Below the pieces are notes generated by a model. The model was given only the letters and a program-made list of their open reading frames with translations. It was not told the DNA's origin and made no database searches. DNA of 64,000 nucleotides. It comes from Phoronis australis. Lineage: Eukaryota > Animalia > Phoronida. Positions 24,849 to 40,000 of the stretch are shown here, piece after piece. Numbering within the stretch: the first letter of the stretch is position 1; the number at the start of each line of letters is the position of its first letter. A program made the position numbers and the translations under genes. Where the stretch lies: contig NMRA01000252.1 of NCBI GenBank assembly GCA_002633005.1, positions 463,654-527,653 on the forward strand. The letters run 5' to 3'.

Positions 24849-25020
24849 GATTGGCCAACAGTAGCTTCTGATTGTCTCCAATACATTATATATTAGTATT
24901 ATATAGAGAATTGAGGACGATCATTAGCCGGGGACACACGTACCAGAGTTTTACAACAAACGCGAATTGTTCGTATGATCTTTTCCGTACAAACAGTATT
25001 GAGGACGGAAGCGGAAATTC
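24849..25020 (+). promoter_or_regulatory. probable PGLS proximal promoter/5' region
   Basis: An inverted CCAAT box (gattggccaa, ~24849-24858) and tandem ETS-like CGGAAG/CGGAAA sites (~25005-25018) lie in a CpG-retaining stretch just before the ATG. Motif match only. Confidence 0.35.
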
Positions 25021-25049
25021 ATCGCCGGTTTCCGTCGACGAAGTCTCCA

Positions 25050-28000
25050 ATGGCACCGTTGGTTGTGAAGGTTTTTCCTAATGAAAGTGAAGTGACCAAG
25101 AATTTGTGTGAATATGTCGTAAACTGTGCTAAGCAAGCTCTTGAAAGACGCCAACTGTTTGTGATTGGACTTTCGGGTAACTTATCAATTGTTTTGTAGA
25201 AAAATCCACACGTCCACAACCACAGACGTTCTCAGCGGCACTTACTCACTAGTTGGATATGATGGACCCTAACTTATTCCAAATAAATCCACTAAATGTA
25301 GTTCTAAATGAATGATTTTGGTATCTTTGTATTCCTCAGACATCTGGCTATCCGTACAAATCATTTTCACGACCCTCAATTACTCTAGTCTATAACTAAC
25401 AAGTATAACTACTCCATTCTGAACTTGGTACACTTTAGCATTAGCCACGCGCATTGTGAAATCGGCAGCCATTTCAGGGAACTAACTATATCTAGCGCCA
25501 TCTATCGGCGATTTGCTACAACACGCGCTGTTCCTTTTTCATCAGTCAACATGGACGACGATAACATGACGATGACAGATACGATCGTGAGAGAGACGAC
25601 GAAGGTGATGACGAGAGCAGATGATTAATAACGACTGACGTTAATAATATTGACGAAATCGACCAATGACGTTGACTGATGAAAAAGGAACAGCGCATGT
25701 TGTAGCAAATCGCCGATAGATGTCGCTAGATACAGTAAGTTCCCTGAAATGGCTGCCGATTTCACGATGCGCGTGGCTAAAGTGGACCGAGTTCGGAACA
25801 GCGTAGCTATAGACTAGAGTAATTGAGGGTCGTGAAAATGATTTGTACGAATAGCCAGATGTCTGAGGAATGCAACGATACCAAAATTATTCATTTAGAC
25901 CTTACATTTAGTGGATTTATTTGGAATAAGTTAGGGTCCATTATATCCGACTAGTGCCTTCTCAACTTCTGATCGTCCCCAGCAATATGCTATATAATGC
26001 GTATTGCGGAAGATCAAAAGCTGAGGACGCTTGTATCTAGGCGATTACATCGCCCTGGATGCCGCAGGCATGCAGGGGCGATAGTACATCCCCACAAAAA
26101 GTTACTCATGTTGTATTACTGCAGGTTCACTAGCTAGGCCTTTAGAAGTACTCACCAGTTAAAACACAGCTATTCAAGCTTCAGTAAAACCCAATCCAGG
26201 TGCCCATCCCTGACATCCTGATTGCTTGCTGAAAGACTGCCAGCAGGGTTCCCGCCAGCAGTTTAAATAAAACAAGCATCCGGGGAACCATAAAACTGAC
26301 AAATCACACGACACCACAGAAAGATAAAGGACGAATGATGTTGACGATTACAACACTCATTTCAAAATACAGGAAATATAATCAAATATAGTCGGGATAC
26401 CTACTGTCATCAGGCTCCACCTAGTGGTCGTCCGCCATCTTCTTTCGCGTACAGCGCAACCACACGAGGCTTAGTGTTCCAATCTAGATTGCTCGTCTGC
26501 ACGTTAGGTACTAACCTCTCGGGAGAAACGCGTGGATGAACTGAGACGAAAATCGGTGCATTTATCGACTGTTTTTTGAGACCACTTAAAAACTTGGAGA
26601 TTTTAGTAATGCACTCTTTTGTCCATTTTCAGAAGATATTTTCGAAGTTGAATTTTCTTCAGACGGAACAAAAACGAACTCAGATATTGTTTATGCAATG
26701 TATCTATTTGTCCCAGGCACCAATCGACACCTGTTAGGCCAAAGGAAAAACCCAGCAGACAAATGCAACACGCTGGGTACTTAACAGTTTCGGCTCACGC
26801 ATTCGTCATCAAAATATCGTCCACTTGTTTTTTATTGCAAAACACAGTACTGAGCTCAACATTTATGTTGAAATTTTTGGTTCAGGCATTTTGGATTTAT
26901 TTGAAGAAAATTTAAGAGTGAAGTACGGCTCACAGCAGGCAAAAATGCCAAGAGGGGTGATAAACCCAATGTCACCGAATTGAACCATACTATGCATTTT
27001 AGTTATCTTTGGGATGATAAACAAAACAGTAAAGTCCAATCTCATTTTACCTTGTTTAAGGGGGAGAAATCAGGGAGCCTCTATTTTGGGGGTATGCCAT
27101 GCAATGAACTTGCCGAAAATGCCTTATTTGCACTGCACAATAAAAAATATCGGCGCACGAGATCATTATCTGTTTGTAATTTTTAAATGTAAAGTCCAAT
27201 CTCATTTTACCTTGTTTAAGTGGGAGAAATCAGGGAGCCTCTATTTTGGGGGTATGCCATGCAACGAACTCGCCGAAAATGCCTTATTTGCACTGCACAA
27301 TAAAAAATATCGGCGCACGAGATCATTATTAGTTTGTAATTTTTAAATAAAGCAAGTCTTCGGATTTACAAAGATGTTAAGCAATACTCATTAACTCGGC
27401 CGCTAAGTTAAAAATTTCATGCATAAAGTATAGAGGGGTCAGAGGTTAACAAGGCATTGCAATTTCGCCACACTTTGAGCCCGTATATCTCAGCTGGCAC
27501 AACACTGATCAACACCAGACTTTTACACAAGACGTTTCTATCTTATTGTTGTTGATTAGTACAATAAAATTTTCTGGCGCTGAACATTTGTCTGTACAAA
27601 TTGCAAGATTGCGACAACCACCTGAGTAGAAATTACCTTCAATACCAATACCTGTTTGGAACATTACAACACCAGTAAAATGCATAGTTTTGATTCAAAA
27701 GTTGATTTATTAATATTTAGTTATGTGTCATTAAGTCAGGCGCAATTTTTAAGATATTTTTTCCTTTTTAATTAAAATTCCGCGTTTTTCGTGAACCCAG
27801 TGTCCAACAACAGGTGTCACTTTAGTGGTGGCANTAATTAATTTACGTGCGTAAATTACGCACGTGAATAATTACTTTACGCCATTAAAAGTTACTTTAC
27901 GCCGCAAATAATTACTTTAGGCCATTAAAAGTTAATTTATGCTCGAATAATTAATTTCTACCGTTAAGAATTAATTTACGCCACTAACGAGGATTACTTT

Positions 28001-31000
28001 TCGCACGTAACGTTCACTCGTTTGGCCAACGATAGTGCTTGCTTCTTTTGAGCAACAACATTGGTGCAAATTTCTCTATCGCTTCAGATGAAACCGGGTT
28101 ATATTGTAAAACAAGGCCAGACTGTCCTCGAGTTGAAAACTTTATTCTAAAATTATTTACTATTCGGCATTTGTGTACACCGACTATCAGTCTATTTACA
28201 CAATTGGAACAAAGGACTTACGTGGTCCCTGACTTATTCTAAATAGTAACTGTTTAAAATTATGATTTTTCTGTTTTTGCCCCGGATCATAGATTTATGA
28301 TTATATTGATCAATAAATCCACAATGCGTGATCTTTATAGTCATGTAATATAACGCAATTATTATGGAATATCCGACCCGACAGATTATTATTTAGCGCA
28401 CTTGTGCTCGGACCGCTAGATCTATAGAAAGACGTATTCACAACTCATGTCGGATGAATTAAATTTCTGTTGTTATTAATAACCAAAATTGGGACAATTT
28501 TAGAGATTGTCCATGCCTTGGTTCGTTTCTAAACTTTACTGAATCCTCCATTGACTGGACACTGTTGGGCTGAATAGAAGTTTGGGCAATGTTGGGCTGC
28601 TTGGAGTGGTCAGGGTATTGATTTCTACGTAAATCTGTCCCAGAACATTCTGAGCACACAGTTGGGAAGTCGAATCATGGCTTTTAACCCTAAGCCATGC
28701 TTGCAACCTTTGGTGTCATATTTCCCTGTCAACTGTTGTACATGGATGATTGTCTGCAAACAATAACACTAATAACAGAACATACGTAACTGGGATTTTT
28801 GCTAATATGATTTCATTTGTTTTGCAACAAGGTCCACTAAATCCTGCCTTATGAGAAAACTTCTTAGTCGACATTGTAATGCTAGTCGATAAAAACATAA
28901 AAAATGAATCTGTTATAACAGATTGACAATTGGTTATTACACTTTGTTAATCTCAATTACAGACTGACAATCCGTAATAACAAATTCTGAAACTTGAATT
29001 TTTTTCTGGCACAAGGACGGAGGCAGAATTATCTCCCTCTGGTAACTACTCTTCTGTTTTGGAAATTACGTTGTGAGTTTCTTCCATCTGGCGGGAAATT
29101 TTCTGCGCAAAACATTGAGTCCTCGTAGTAAGTTTAAAAACCAAATCAGCAATGGCTCAAAAATCTATCATGTAAGTTTTTTTTTGTGTGTATTGTAGAA
29201 TGCGTGAAATCCAATAGTTCTATGTCTATGGTGTTATCCGCTAGGTGTTGTCCGATTGACCTAGGACCAATTACTCCCAGGATTGACTAACTCTGGTATC
29301 GTAGACAGTATTTGACACGTACACATAGAGTACCTAATTATCGGACGGAACCTAAATATCGGACATTTCAAAAAATCTTACTTGAAGCATAATCTGAGAA
29401 TTAAATGACACCAATTGTTGTTCCGTTGTAATGCATTCAATGTCCGGCACCATCTCGTTTTTTACAGCGTTGCCTCGTTTTGATTTCACCGAGAGAGGGT
29501 GCAATTTAGACCCCCAAGTCGGCCTAAAATAAAAATCAGTAGATTTTACTAATACACTTTTTTGTGCGTTTTCAGAAGATGTTTTCGAATTTAAATTTTC
29601 TTCCGGGACACAAAACATGATCCAGGGTTTGTTTATGCAATGTATCTGTTTGTCCCAGGCACTAGTAGCAAGGAGTGTATGAGTATAGGAGAGTTCACTC
29701 CGCCATTTTACCATTCGCCGCAATGGTTACCGGTCGAAACACTAGCGCCCCAAGCGGTGAATAATCAACACTTAGTTAGGAGCCCAGTCCGAACAATGTA
29801 AACACTGATAAATTCATACTTTAACGACATTCAACGTGCAATAAAATTAATGTGTGATTGAAAATGGTTAGAATACATAAATTAACATCCACTTATAATC
29901 GAATGAGAACGAAAATGTGTATTTTTATCAATATTAAAGTGTATTTGTTTTTATTGTCTTGAAGCTCCTGGCCTTCAAAATTCATCATGGTTTTGTTTCA
30001 TGTTTGAGTTCTTAACTCGGCATTTATCGTTCCTTATAACAGTTCTTACCTCCATGGACTACATAATTTGAATGATTGCTCCTGGGGGTTCAGAGGGGAA
30101 TTCCCCCCAGGTGCCAGCTAAGGAGGTACCAGGCAAAAACCAGGTGGGCGCCAAATGGGTGTTGACCCCCTCCCAGAGGGGTTACATGGGAGGAGTGCTA
30201 AAAAAGTAAAAACCAATGGGGTATGCCACATGGGTGTTGAGCCCCTCCCATTGTCACAAATTTTGGTTGCTCCCCTGACCATTGACAAACATGAAGCTCC
30301 CAGCTCACTGCTGGTTTCATCTCCACCCAGAAGTTCACATGTGTTCACTATTCAATGCACCAGGCTAGTACTAGCAATGAAGACAATTGTTTTGTGCAGT
30401 GGGTGTTACATTTTGGTTGCTCCTGTGACCATTGACAACATGTGATGAGGTGGTGGTAAGATTTGGCCCTCGTTTTGTACATGACCAGACTTGACTCATA
30501 GATAAATTTGAGGCACTGTGGCTGTGACCATGTCACTGGTCGTATTGACCCATGGCTATGGGTACAAACGTTTTTCTTAAATTATGCCTGCGATTGTTCT
30601 GGTGACTTACATGTTGACATTTTGATTTGGAATACATGGACTTCAAATATCCAAAAAGCTGACAATCACATCGTTAATCATAGTCCATCCGCCGGCAGCC
30701 CGACTGTGCAGTAGGCCTAGCCTACGCTGCAGACGACAGTGGCACAGGGACTGCACTCGACTTGTCTTCCAACGGTGAACAGAACACACAAAATGAAAGA
30801 CAATATAACCCTTACCTTTCTGGATCTTTAGGAAATAAAAAATGCAGTGCCGGTGTTTTTGTGGATGAATTAGTGCAATTTATTGCGCTGCACAAGGTGC
30901 CCTTCGCCATTGTTCTCGAGCGTCATACTTGACCGTTGCTTATTAGCTACTTGGCGGCGCTAGTAGTAGCGATAACAGCAAATTCCCAAGTTTAAACTCC

Positions 31001-34000
31001 TGTTATTATGCGCCCACATATTTATATGTGGACGCATTATGCCGTCATCTCTGTCCGTCCGTCCGTCCGTCCGGTGTCCGGCGTCCGCTGCTCTATCTCC
31101 AAAACCCTTTGACATACGTTCATGAAATTTGACACATATGTTCCATTCATGAATGGGACGGCATGTGCGAACTTTTGGACGGATCCGACTACCGGTGTGC
31201 CCCCTAGTGGCAATTTTAGTTTTTTACGCTTACCTTTGTATCTTCAAAAGTCCTGAACGGATTTTCATGAAATTTGGTATGTAGGCACCTAATAGTGAGA
31301 TGACGCTATCCTGCCGTTTTCGGATGGATTCGACATAGTTTGCGCCACCTAGTGGCCATTTTTACTGTTTTCGAGTCTGTTTTTGTGCTTCCACCCCTCT
31401 ATCAACCAAACCGCTCAAAGGATGATTGTGAAAATTGGCATGTATGTGCTTACTATGTAGAGGACGGTTGACGATGATTTTCCGACGATTTCGACTACTG
31501 TGGCGCCTCCTAGTGGCAGTTTTGTTTTTTTTGCGCCTATGGCTGTATCTCCTAAACCGTTNTCCACGGAATGACTCTGACCAGTGGTTTTGCATTTGCC
31601 TTGCCTGCAATTGCCAATGAATCTTTCACCTTGACACTGTCCTCCGCTTTCAACGCCCTGCATCAAAACCACTTGAAGATTCTTCAAGAAATGTTTGTTC
31701 AGACACACTCCACAGCTAACCCACAGTAAGCATCTTTGTAAACAGGACAATCACAGATAAAACCATAAATGATCTTGTTCATACAACACTGTAAGATTTG
31801 GAACGTCGCAAGTGGGGAGAGGGCAACACGATTTTTGAAGGAAAATGTTATGAAAATGATTTGTCGGCGTTTTTTGTTTTGTTTTTAGCAGTGCAAATAA
31901 GATTACTGTGCTTTATGAAACCAGTGAGATTTGAATTTCGACTCTCGCAAAAGGTGTCCTGCCAAAACTACTGCTATTTGCGTAGTAAGTATCCTAATTC
32001 CATGACTACGAGCACTTCTTAGAAATAAAGTAGTGTACCCTCGGTGCCTAGAAAATACGAAATTTGATGAATGATAAATTGATTCGCCGTTTGCTGGGCA
32101 ACTATTAACAAATGTTCACTTTTTGTTGACGTTTGTCGGCATTACTCATTGTGGTGAAATGGCGTAACCACCAGTCATTTTTGACTTCAAATGACATGAA
32201 ATCCGTTCGCGCCAGGAAATTTTTTTGTCTTATTTTGTAGACCTAAAATAGCTCAACACATTGGTTGGCACTAAAATGTTCTGAAACCTGTGCCAGCTGA
32301 GATATCGGGATACGAATTTAGCCAAACAGACAAATTATCGAAATCTTTTAAATTTTCATGAATAAAGTAGTCGAAGGTCACACCTGATCAATAACACAGG
32401 TTCAATATTTCAACGTTACTTCCACTGCGTAACGTAACTGTCGGAATTTTACTGAAACTGAACTGCCGCCAGGCTGAAAACTTGTCGGAAACAAATAGTA
32501 TCCATGGAAACCAAAAGGGGGCGTTTTGAAAAAAAAATAAAGGTGGTCTGGAGTCAGTGGGGCTAGTGTCATCTCACAGACAAAATATAAAGAGAATCTG
32601 TGACATAGCGTTTATCACCCTCTGCCTGGTCCATTCGCGAACATGCTCTTAAGTACTTGAATTGATAGAGAGTGGTAACCAATAAAGTAAAACATTGACT
32701 TTATTTCACTTTATTGCTTTGTTGCATGCAACACAGCATGACATATTAGGTTGAGCAATAAAGTGCAAATGCAACTTGGTTATTTATTTATATATTTATG
32801 ATTGCAAAAGTCTGCTGAAGGTAAGAAAAAAACAAACAATATGATATTGGGTAATTTATTAAAACAGCTGCATCGAGGTTCAATGATCAACTTCTGCCGA
32901 CCAAGTATCAAAGGGTAACAGTTCTGTTTTGGCTGACAAGATGTTAACAGAGAATGAAGAAAAACTGGAAATAAAAAGAAAGACAGCATGGTTCTTTAAA
33001 TTCGCTACTGCTATATGCGACCAGTAACTTGCCTTCAGCGTATGTTCACTGCTCACTGACATCATGGTTTATCTGGGTCCTCGCCATAACAATATTATAA
33101 TTACAAAATTGCTCATTGACAAGTGACTTACCAGTGACCCCTTTATTGTTCTGTACATCACATCTGGAAACACTCAACAAGTGCTCCCTGAGTTCTATCA
33201 AGGAGTGTAGCACAATGTAAATCTGAGTGTTCACTCTGCCATTTTGCCATTCGTGGCAATGGTTATCAGCTGAAAAACTAGTGCTTTAAGCTGCAAATAA
33301 GCAACACTAATTTAGCGGCAGAGTCCCAAACATGTAAGCACTGATAAATTCATACTTTAATGACGTTCGATGTGCAATAAAATTACTGAATGGTAAAATA
33401 TGTAAACTAACATCCACTTATAACCGCATCAGAATGAAAATGTGTGTTTTAATTAATATTAAAGTGTATTTGCTTTCATTCTCTTGAAGCTCCCTTCAAA
33501 AGCCATCATGGTTTTGGTTCATGTTTGAGTTGTTATTAAGGCAAATTTCTGTTCTTTTTAATATTTCATACCTCCGTCGACTACATCATTTTAGTGGTTG
33601 CTCCTGGGGGTTCAAGGGGGAGTTGCCCCAGGTGTCACCAAAAGGGAGGAGTGTAAACGTGGTAAAAATCAGGGGGGCGCCAAGTGGGTGTTGACTCCCT
33701 CCCAGGGGATACATGAGCGGAGTGCTAAACAGGTAAAAACCAAAGGGGTATGCCACATGAGTGCTGAGCCCCTCCCATTGTCACAAATTTTGGTTGCTCC
33801 TGTGACCATTGACAACATGTGATGAGGTGGTGGTAAGATTTGGCCCTCGTTTTGTACATGACCCAACTTGACTCATAGATAAATTTGAGGCACTGTGGCT
33901 GTGACCATGTCACTGGTCGTATTGACCCATGGCCATGGGTACAAACGTTGTTCTCGAGCGTCATACTTGACCGTTGCTTATTAGCTACTTGGCGGCGCTA

Positions 34001-37000
34001 GTAGTAGCGATAGCAGCAAATTCCCAAGTTTAAACTCCTGTTATACTACATTCCTTGGTAATATGTTGCATATAAGGGCCACGCAATAAGCCAGTCAGGA
34101 AATTGCACCATCGAACTCATGCTTGACAGGTGACTCAGGATCAAGCTATTTAGCTAGAAGTCATTACGGCTATTAGGGTTAAATAGCTGAATTTGTTTAG
34201 CCTTGGTCAATTGCAATTAGCACTCAGGGTAAGAAGTGAAGATGCTCACTAACAGGTGGCGCTGTTCAAAATGATTTGCACATATATGTTGTTGTGAGTA
34301 TCAGCTGGCATTTTGTGATCTGAAGTTACCATTGGTGACCTGAGCTCAAGGCTTACTCGCCAAACGCGACCTCAGTTTACGACAGTTCCATTCTCACATT
34401 AGCCTGGCCTACTAACATAACAGTGACAAAAACAACTGATAAGTGCTCAGCGCTTTTAAACTATTGCCGATAGCTGCCAATAGTTGCAACTTAAAAACAG
34501 TATTAGTATAAACTGGAATTTTTCATGACCTCTGATAGTAGAGGTAGGAACTATATAGTATTAGCCCAACGTTTTTGCCTCCAGAAAAATAAATTGATCA
34601 AGGGCCAATTAAAAGAAAATTTCAAATATTAGGGGTATAGTAGACAACAAGCTAATGTGTATTTAACATCAAATGTGATGAATAAAACACTTCACCATAA
34701 GTCAACATCACTGATATTCATGACTTAACAGAAAATAAATAGATAGTACAGGCTAGTGCATTTTCACACGTGGCACAAGCACAATTGAGTCACTGTCAGG
34801 AGTAAAATTTGTGTTAATTTGATATGTTAGTGTCGCATATTAGGGCCTGCACTTTAATAAGCACCGGTCTCGAGTAAGTGCTGGGTAAGAGCCAGTTTAA
34901 AACATAATTGTTAACCAGGCGCTGGGTCTCAAGCAACATAACGTAATTCAAGACTAATCCATGCACTTTATTGTCTGGTGCTCCATGTCCCAGGTCGGAC
35001 ACATACATTTTGAATGGAATTAACAGGTACTTTGCGTTTTGTGCAAACAGCATGGAATCTAGCCAAAGAGAGTGTTGAAAATGTTTACAATATCCATTAA
35101 TGCTTTGTTGTAGATAGCAGTAAACTGGCCAACATTGATTTGCTCAACTTGCAAGGTGACTGGTAGACAGCATTGCAGAAACATACTTTTACCATGGTTG
35201 ATTGTCGAGGAAACATTACCTGCTTGAAATTACCTCTTCTGCTTATCTACTTATTCTTTTCCCCAATAGGTGGCAGCCTTGCCAAGTACTTGTGTGCCGG
35301 CCTGCCTTCTCTGTCATCTGATTGGTCCAAATGGCGAGTGTTCTTCTGCGACGAGCGTCACGTACCCCTGGATGACCCTGATAGTACATACAGCGTGTAC
35401 AGAGACAATCTATTGTCCAAGATACCACAACTGACTCATGTTGCTACTATTGACCCTTCTTTATCATGTAAGATTTAAAATCACTTGTAGTGTCAATGCT
35501 ATTTAAATTAGCATAAATGAAGCTTGTAGAGGAAAAACTAATCATTTTTTCACCGAATAAGTGCCACCTGTAGTTCATTGTGTGTAAAAACACCAATGTT
35601 CTGTTCTTTTGTTGGCTCACACAGCTCCACCTGTTTAGAGGCTGTGTTGTTATTTGTTTATGGCTAGGGGCCATGTATACAGATGTGCTGTTCTTTTGTT
35701 GGCTCTCCCAGCTCCACCTGTTAAGTCTAAGTGTGCAGTTATTTCTTTATGTCTGGTGGCCATGTGCAAGTTTTTAAGCACACTAGCCGTTACTCGTGCT
35801 TTCGCACGGGTAGCAGCTTGTGGGAAGCACCGAGGGAAATAGTGTGCGGCTGCAGGATTCTTTCCCCAAGCAGTAGAAATTTCTCTCCAGTACATTTGAC
35901 CCTGCCGTAACACGAAGTACGGTAATCAGACATTCTTTAAAGTGAAAACTGACAATGCATTTAAAAATACTATGTAGTACGCAAAGTACATAGATGTATT
36001 TATAAAAGTTGCTTCATGAATGTACATAGTGAGATAGAAAGTCAGCTAGCTGTATGAATACTATCGTCAACACACAGCCATGTGCAGAGCTCCAGACACC
36101 GAAATTTCACACAACCCAGCTGCTCAGCTCGTCACATTGTCGTGAAACTTATATATAGAGCTAACGACCTGCAGGGGTGCATGCAGAATCTGGGAATGAA
36201 CCGACACTCACCTTGCCTGTTACAGCCGTTTATAGAAGTAAAAAAAAACAATCAAATAAAATGTTATTTGTCGTAATTCTCCACCTATTGTAACAAAGAA
36301 AAATCTGTCGTCGAGTCGTTTTGGCCAGACAGTACTTACCCGTGACATGTGCATGTACGCGCCATTTCCTAAAATTTTGCGATATCTCTCGAGAGTTTGC
36401 TCTGAAATTGGGTTTTCTGGTATTAAAATCATAGTAAAAGCTTGTAACGAAATGAAACCTCTTCCGATTATGACATGTACGCAATCTCACAGTTGATTGA
36501 AGAACATGGAAATTGACCAATTGGTGACGCAAATGCGCCCAAAAGAGCGCATTGCAATTTTAGCAGCAGAATAATTGTAGAAGGCCAATTTTTCAACACC
36601 ATTAAATAATTTAGTTTTCTCAAGGAAGAGTAAAAATTTTTTAATGAGGCATCATTAATTTTGGCGGCGACAGGCCCGATGAATTGCGACAGAAGCCGGG
36701 GGGGAGTGAAATTAAGCTGATGGAGTGATGTCACCGAGGCCGTTTAGCCGAGGGACTGACGTCACCAAGGCCAGTACGAAACTGGCCACCCTCCCTCCGC
36801 GTCTACGAAAAAACGGCCCATGTGAAAAAATGTAGAACACCTCAAATCCAAATAGGGGGCCGGTGCAATACCTGTGACCAAGGCGGTGCCGAAACGGGAG
36901 CAACGATGGTCTGTAGTGGAGCGGGGCTGACGGAGTTTGCGCAAATGATGCATTTTATATAATAGATTTTGTGATATTTTTTATGTTAAACCTTGGGAGT

Positions 37001-40000
37001 ATGACTAATGTGAGACATTCTCTGCACAATGTAACCTAACTTTACACTAATGTGAGACATTCTCTGCACAATGTAACTTAACTTTACACTAATGTTAGAC
37101 ATTCTCCGGATGTTGCAAACGAGGTTGGTTGACTTGTTTTGGTGTTTCTGACTTGAGTAGTTCTTTTCTGTTTCTATAGTAACAGAGTGTGCTGCTGACT
37201 ACCTGCTGAAGGTCCGTGATGTGTTCCCTGGTAACGACACACCCACATTTGATGTCTTACTGCTGGGAATGGGGCCAGATGGACACACTTGTTCACTGTT
37301 CCCTGGCCATCATTTGCTGGTGAGTCATAGTAGGCTGGAACTAACAGGAAGTCATGTGTCACATGACACACAGCTGTAGGAATTGTTGAGGATGAACCTT
37401 AGGGGGCGCTGAAGGGAAGTGTGATTGAAAAGTTATAGGGAAATACAAATCTGCTAATCAAAATGAATGATAAATAAAAAATAGGATGACTGGGCTATCA
37501 CAGGAATGGTTCAAAAGCCTATTTCTCTTGTTAGTTTATACTCAAGTAGAAATATTACATGTAATTAGAGGATTGAGTTTGTACTAAAGTAGAAATATTA
37601 CATGTAATTAGGAGAACTTGAGTTCCAGCATTTATGAAATAAATTATTTCAGAGCAGTATTAAATTCAGCATTGCCCTTGGTCTTGTCCTATTTTGTCAT
37701 CAACTTTGGATTTGTTGTAGGACAGTAAAGACATTGTGGCCTGGATCAATGACTCACCTAAACCCCCTCCACGGCGCATCACCTTGACACTACCTGTACT
37801 CAACAACTCACGACATGCTATATTTGCTGCATGCGGCACTGGGAAGGCACAGATGGTCAAGGTATGCTTTCTTCACTTTCAACTGTTATTGTCAACTGGG
37901 CATACCCCCCACTGGTTTGATCTCGGTTGGTGCGAGAACAAATAGAACGTGAGCGTCTTCAGGAAGATCAGAATTGTTGTATACATGGAAAGAATTTGGA
38001 TAAAATATTGTTTGATCGAAACGGATAATTTAGATGATCATAATTTATCGTAGAAGATTTTTTTGTATTGTTTCACATTAACCTTTTCTGTGACTTTGGA
38101 TTGTATACTATGCTAGAAATGGTTGATCAGAATTTGGTTTGTAAAATTATATTATTTTGTCTCTTCGTTTCATGCAAAAATAATTATTGAATATGTAAAC
38201 AACAAGTCACAAGCTTTTTTTGTTTTAAAATTTGTCCTGAGTTGTTCCTGTGCATCATTATGTCATTCGACTAGAGCAATGCTTCACTAGAGCAATGCTT
38301 CACTAGAGCAATGCTTCACTAGAGCAATGCTTCACTAGAGCAATGCTTCACTAGAGCAATGCTTCACTAGAGCAATGCTTCACTAGAGCAATGCTTCACT
38401 AGAGCAATGCCTCACTAGAGCAATTCTTCACTAAGAACAATGCTTCACTAGAGCAATGCTTCACTAGAGCAATGCTTCACTAGAGCAATTCTTCACTAAG
38501 AACAATGCTTCACTAGTGCAATGCTTCACTAAGAACAATGCTTCACTAGAGCAATGCTTCACTAAGAACAATGCTTCACTAGAGCAATGCTTCACTAGAG
38601 CAATGCTTCACTAGAGCAATGCTTCACTAGAGCAATGCTTCACTAAGAACAATTCTCCACTAGAGCAATGCTTCACTAAAACAATGCTTCACTAGAGCAA
38701 TGCTTCACTAAGAACAATGCTTCACTAGAGCAATGCTTCACTAGAGCAATGCTTCACTAGAGCAATGCTTCACTAAGAACAATTCTCCACTAGAGCAATG
38801 GTTCACTAAAACAATGCTTCACTAGAGCAATGCTTCACTAAGAACAATGCTTCACTAGAGCAATGCTTCACTAGAGCAATGCTTCACTAGAGCAATTCTG
38901 CATGCATGTTTTTTATCAGCAGGTTGTATTTCAATAGCTTGTGATGACATTCACGTTGCGAGTCGTTCTTATCTTAGAAGAGTTTTGTGTATTTTCTCCT
39001 ATTTCAAGTTGCATACCTATAGCTACTCTAGTGCACTTGTACTTAGAGTTCACTCAACTGTCATGCTGCCAACTAGCCTAGCATAAGGTTCTTTGAACTC
39101 AAAACCACCACCAAAACTTTCATGGTGATGCCTTGCGGCAGAGCTTTGGTTCACATTGAAAATTCCTGTTTTTGACAACCAGTAACTTCATTTCATTGGG
39201 AACATAAACAAAGCATCTTTCACCTTGGTTTTAAAAACTATGGTGGAAACGTGAGTACATTGCATCGATGATTATTGCAGGCGACTTTATTAATTGCTAA
39301 GTCTACTTCTGGACTCTGTTGATACATAACGCTATGTCCGAAATTAATAAAAGGAACATCAAAATTGTTCCTGTGTCAGTATTTAGAATCGAGAAAATTC
39401 AATTTCATGGAGAATACCGATGTCCTAAGTTCTGGAGAATGTCTCAAATTAGAGATTTTCCAGTGCAGTTCAAGTGGAGTTGTGGAGCTACAGACCTAAG
39501 GCCTGTTCTAATATAACTGACTTGGCTAAGAGAAATCTTAAATTTTAAGATGAAAATTAAATTTGTCTTATCAGTACCTTCCAAGAAATAGATCTTAAGT
39601 TTGACTTAAATTTTTGGCTTAAGTTTTGTCTGAATTTTGACTAACTTACTGGATACGGAAATTTCAAAATTTGGAGGTTGAGACAAATCTTAAAGTTGGA
39701 GCAGGTCCCTTGCTCAAGAGTCTTACAGTCTGCCTCAGTTAAACTTGAACACAAAACCTTGAATAATGGAAGTGGACACTTCTCCCAGTAGGCCACACTG
39801 GACCCCAGTAGGCCACACTGGACCCCAGTAGGCCACACTGGACCCCAGTAGGCCACACTGGACCCCAGTAGGCCACACTGGACCCCAGTAGGCCACACTG
39901 GACCCCAGTAGGCCACACTGGACCCCAGTAGGCCACACTGGACCCATCATTGAGATGAATTCTTTATAATAAGGTGATTATTACAACCTGGTAACGGCAG

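Noticed and set aside
39641-39950. Repetitive ORFs (AYWGPVWPTGVQCGLLGSSV)n; likewise 55303-55586 and 63553-63990
   Set aside because: They are minisatellite translations with no splice or codon support.
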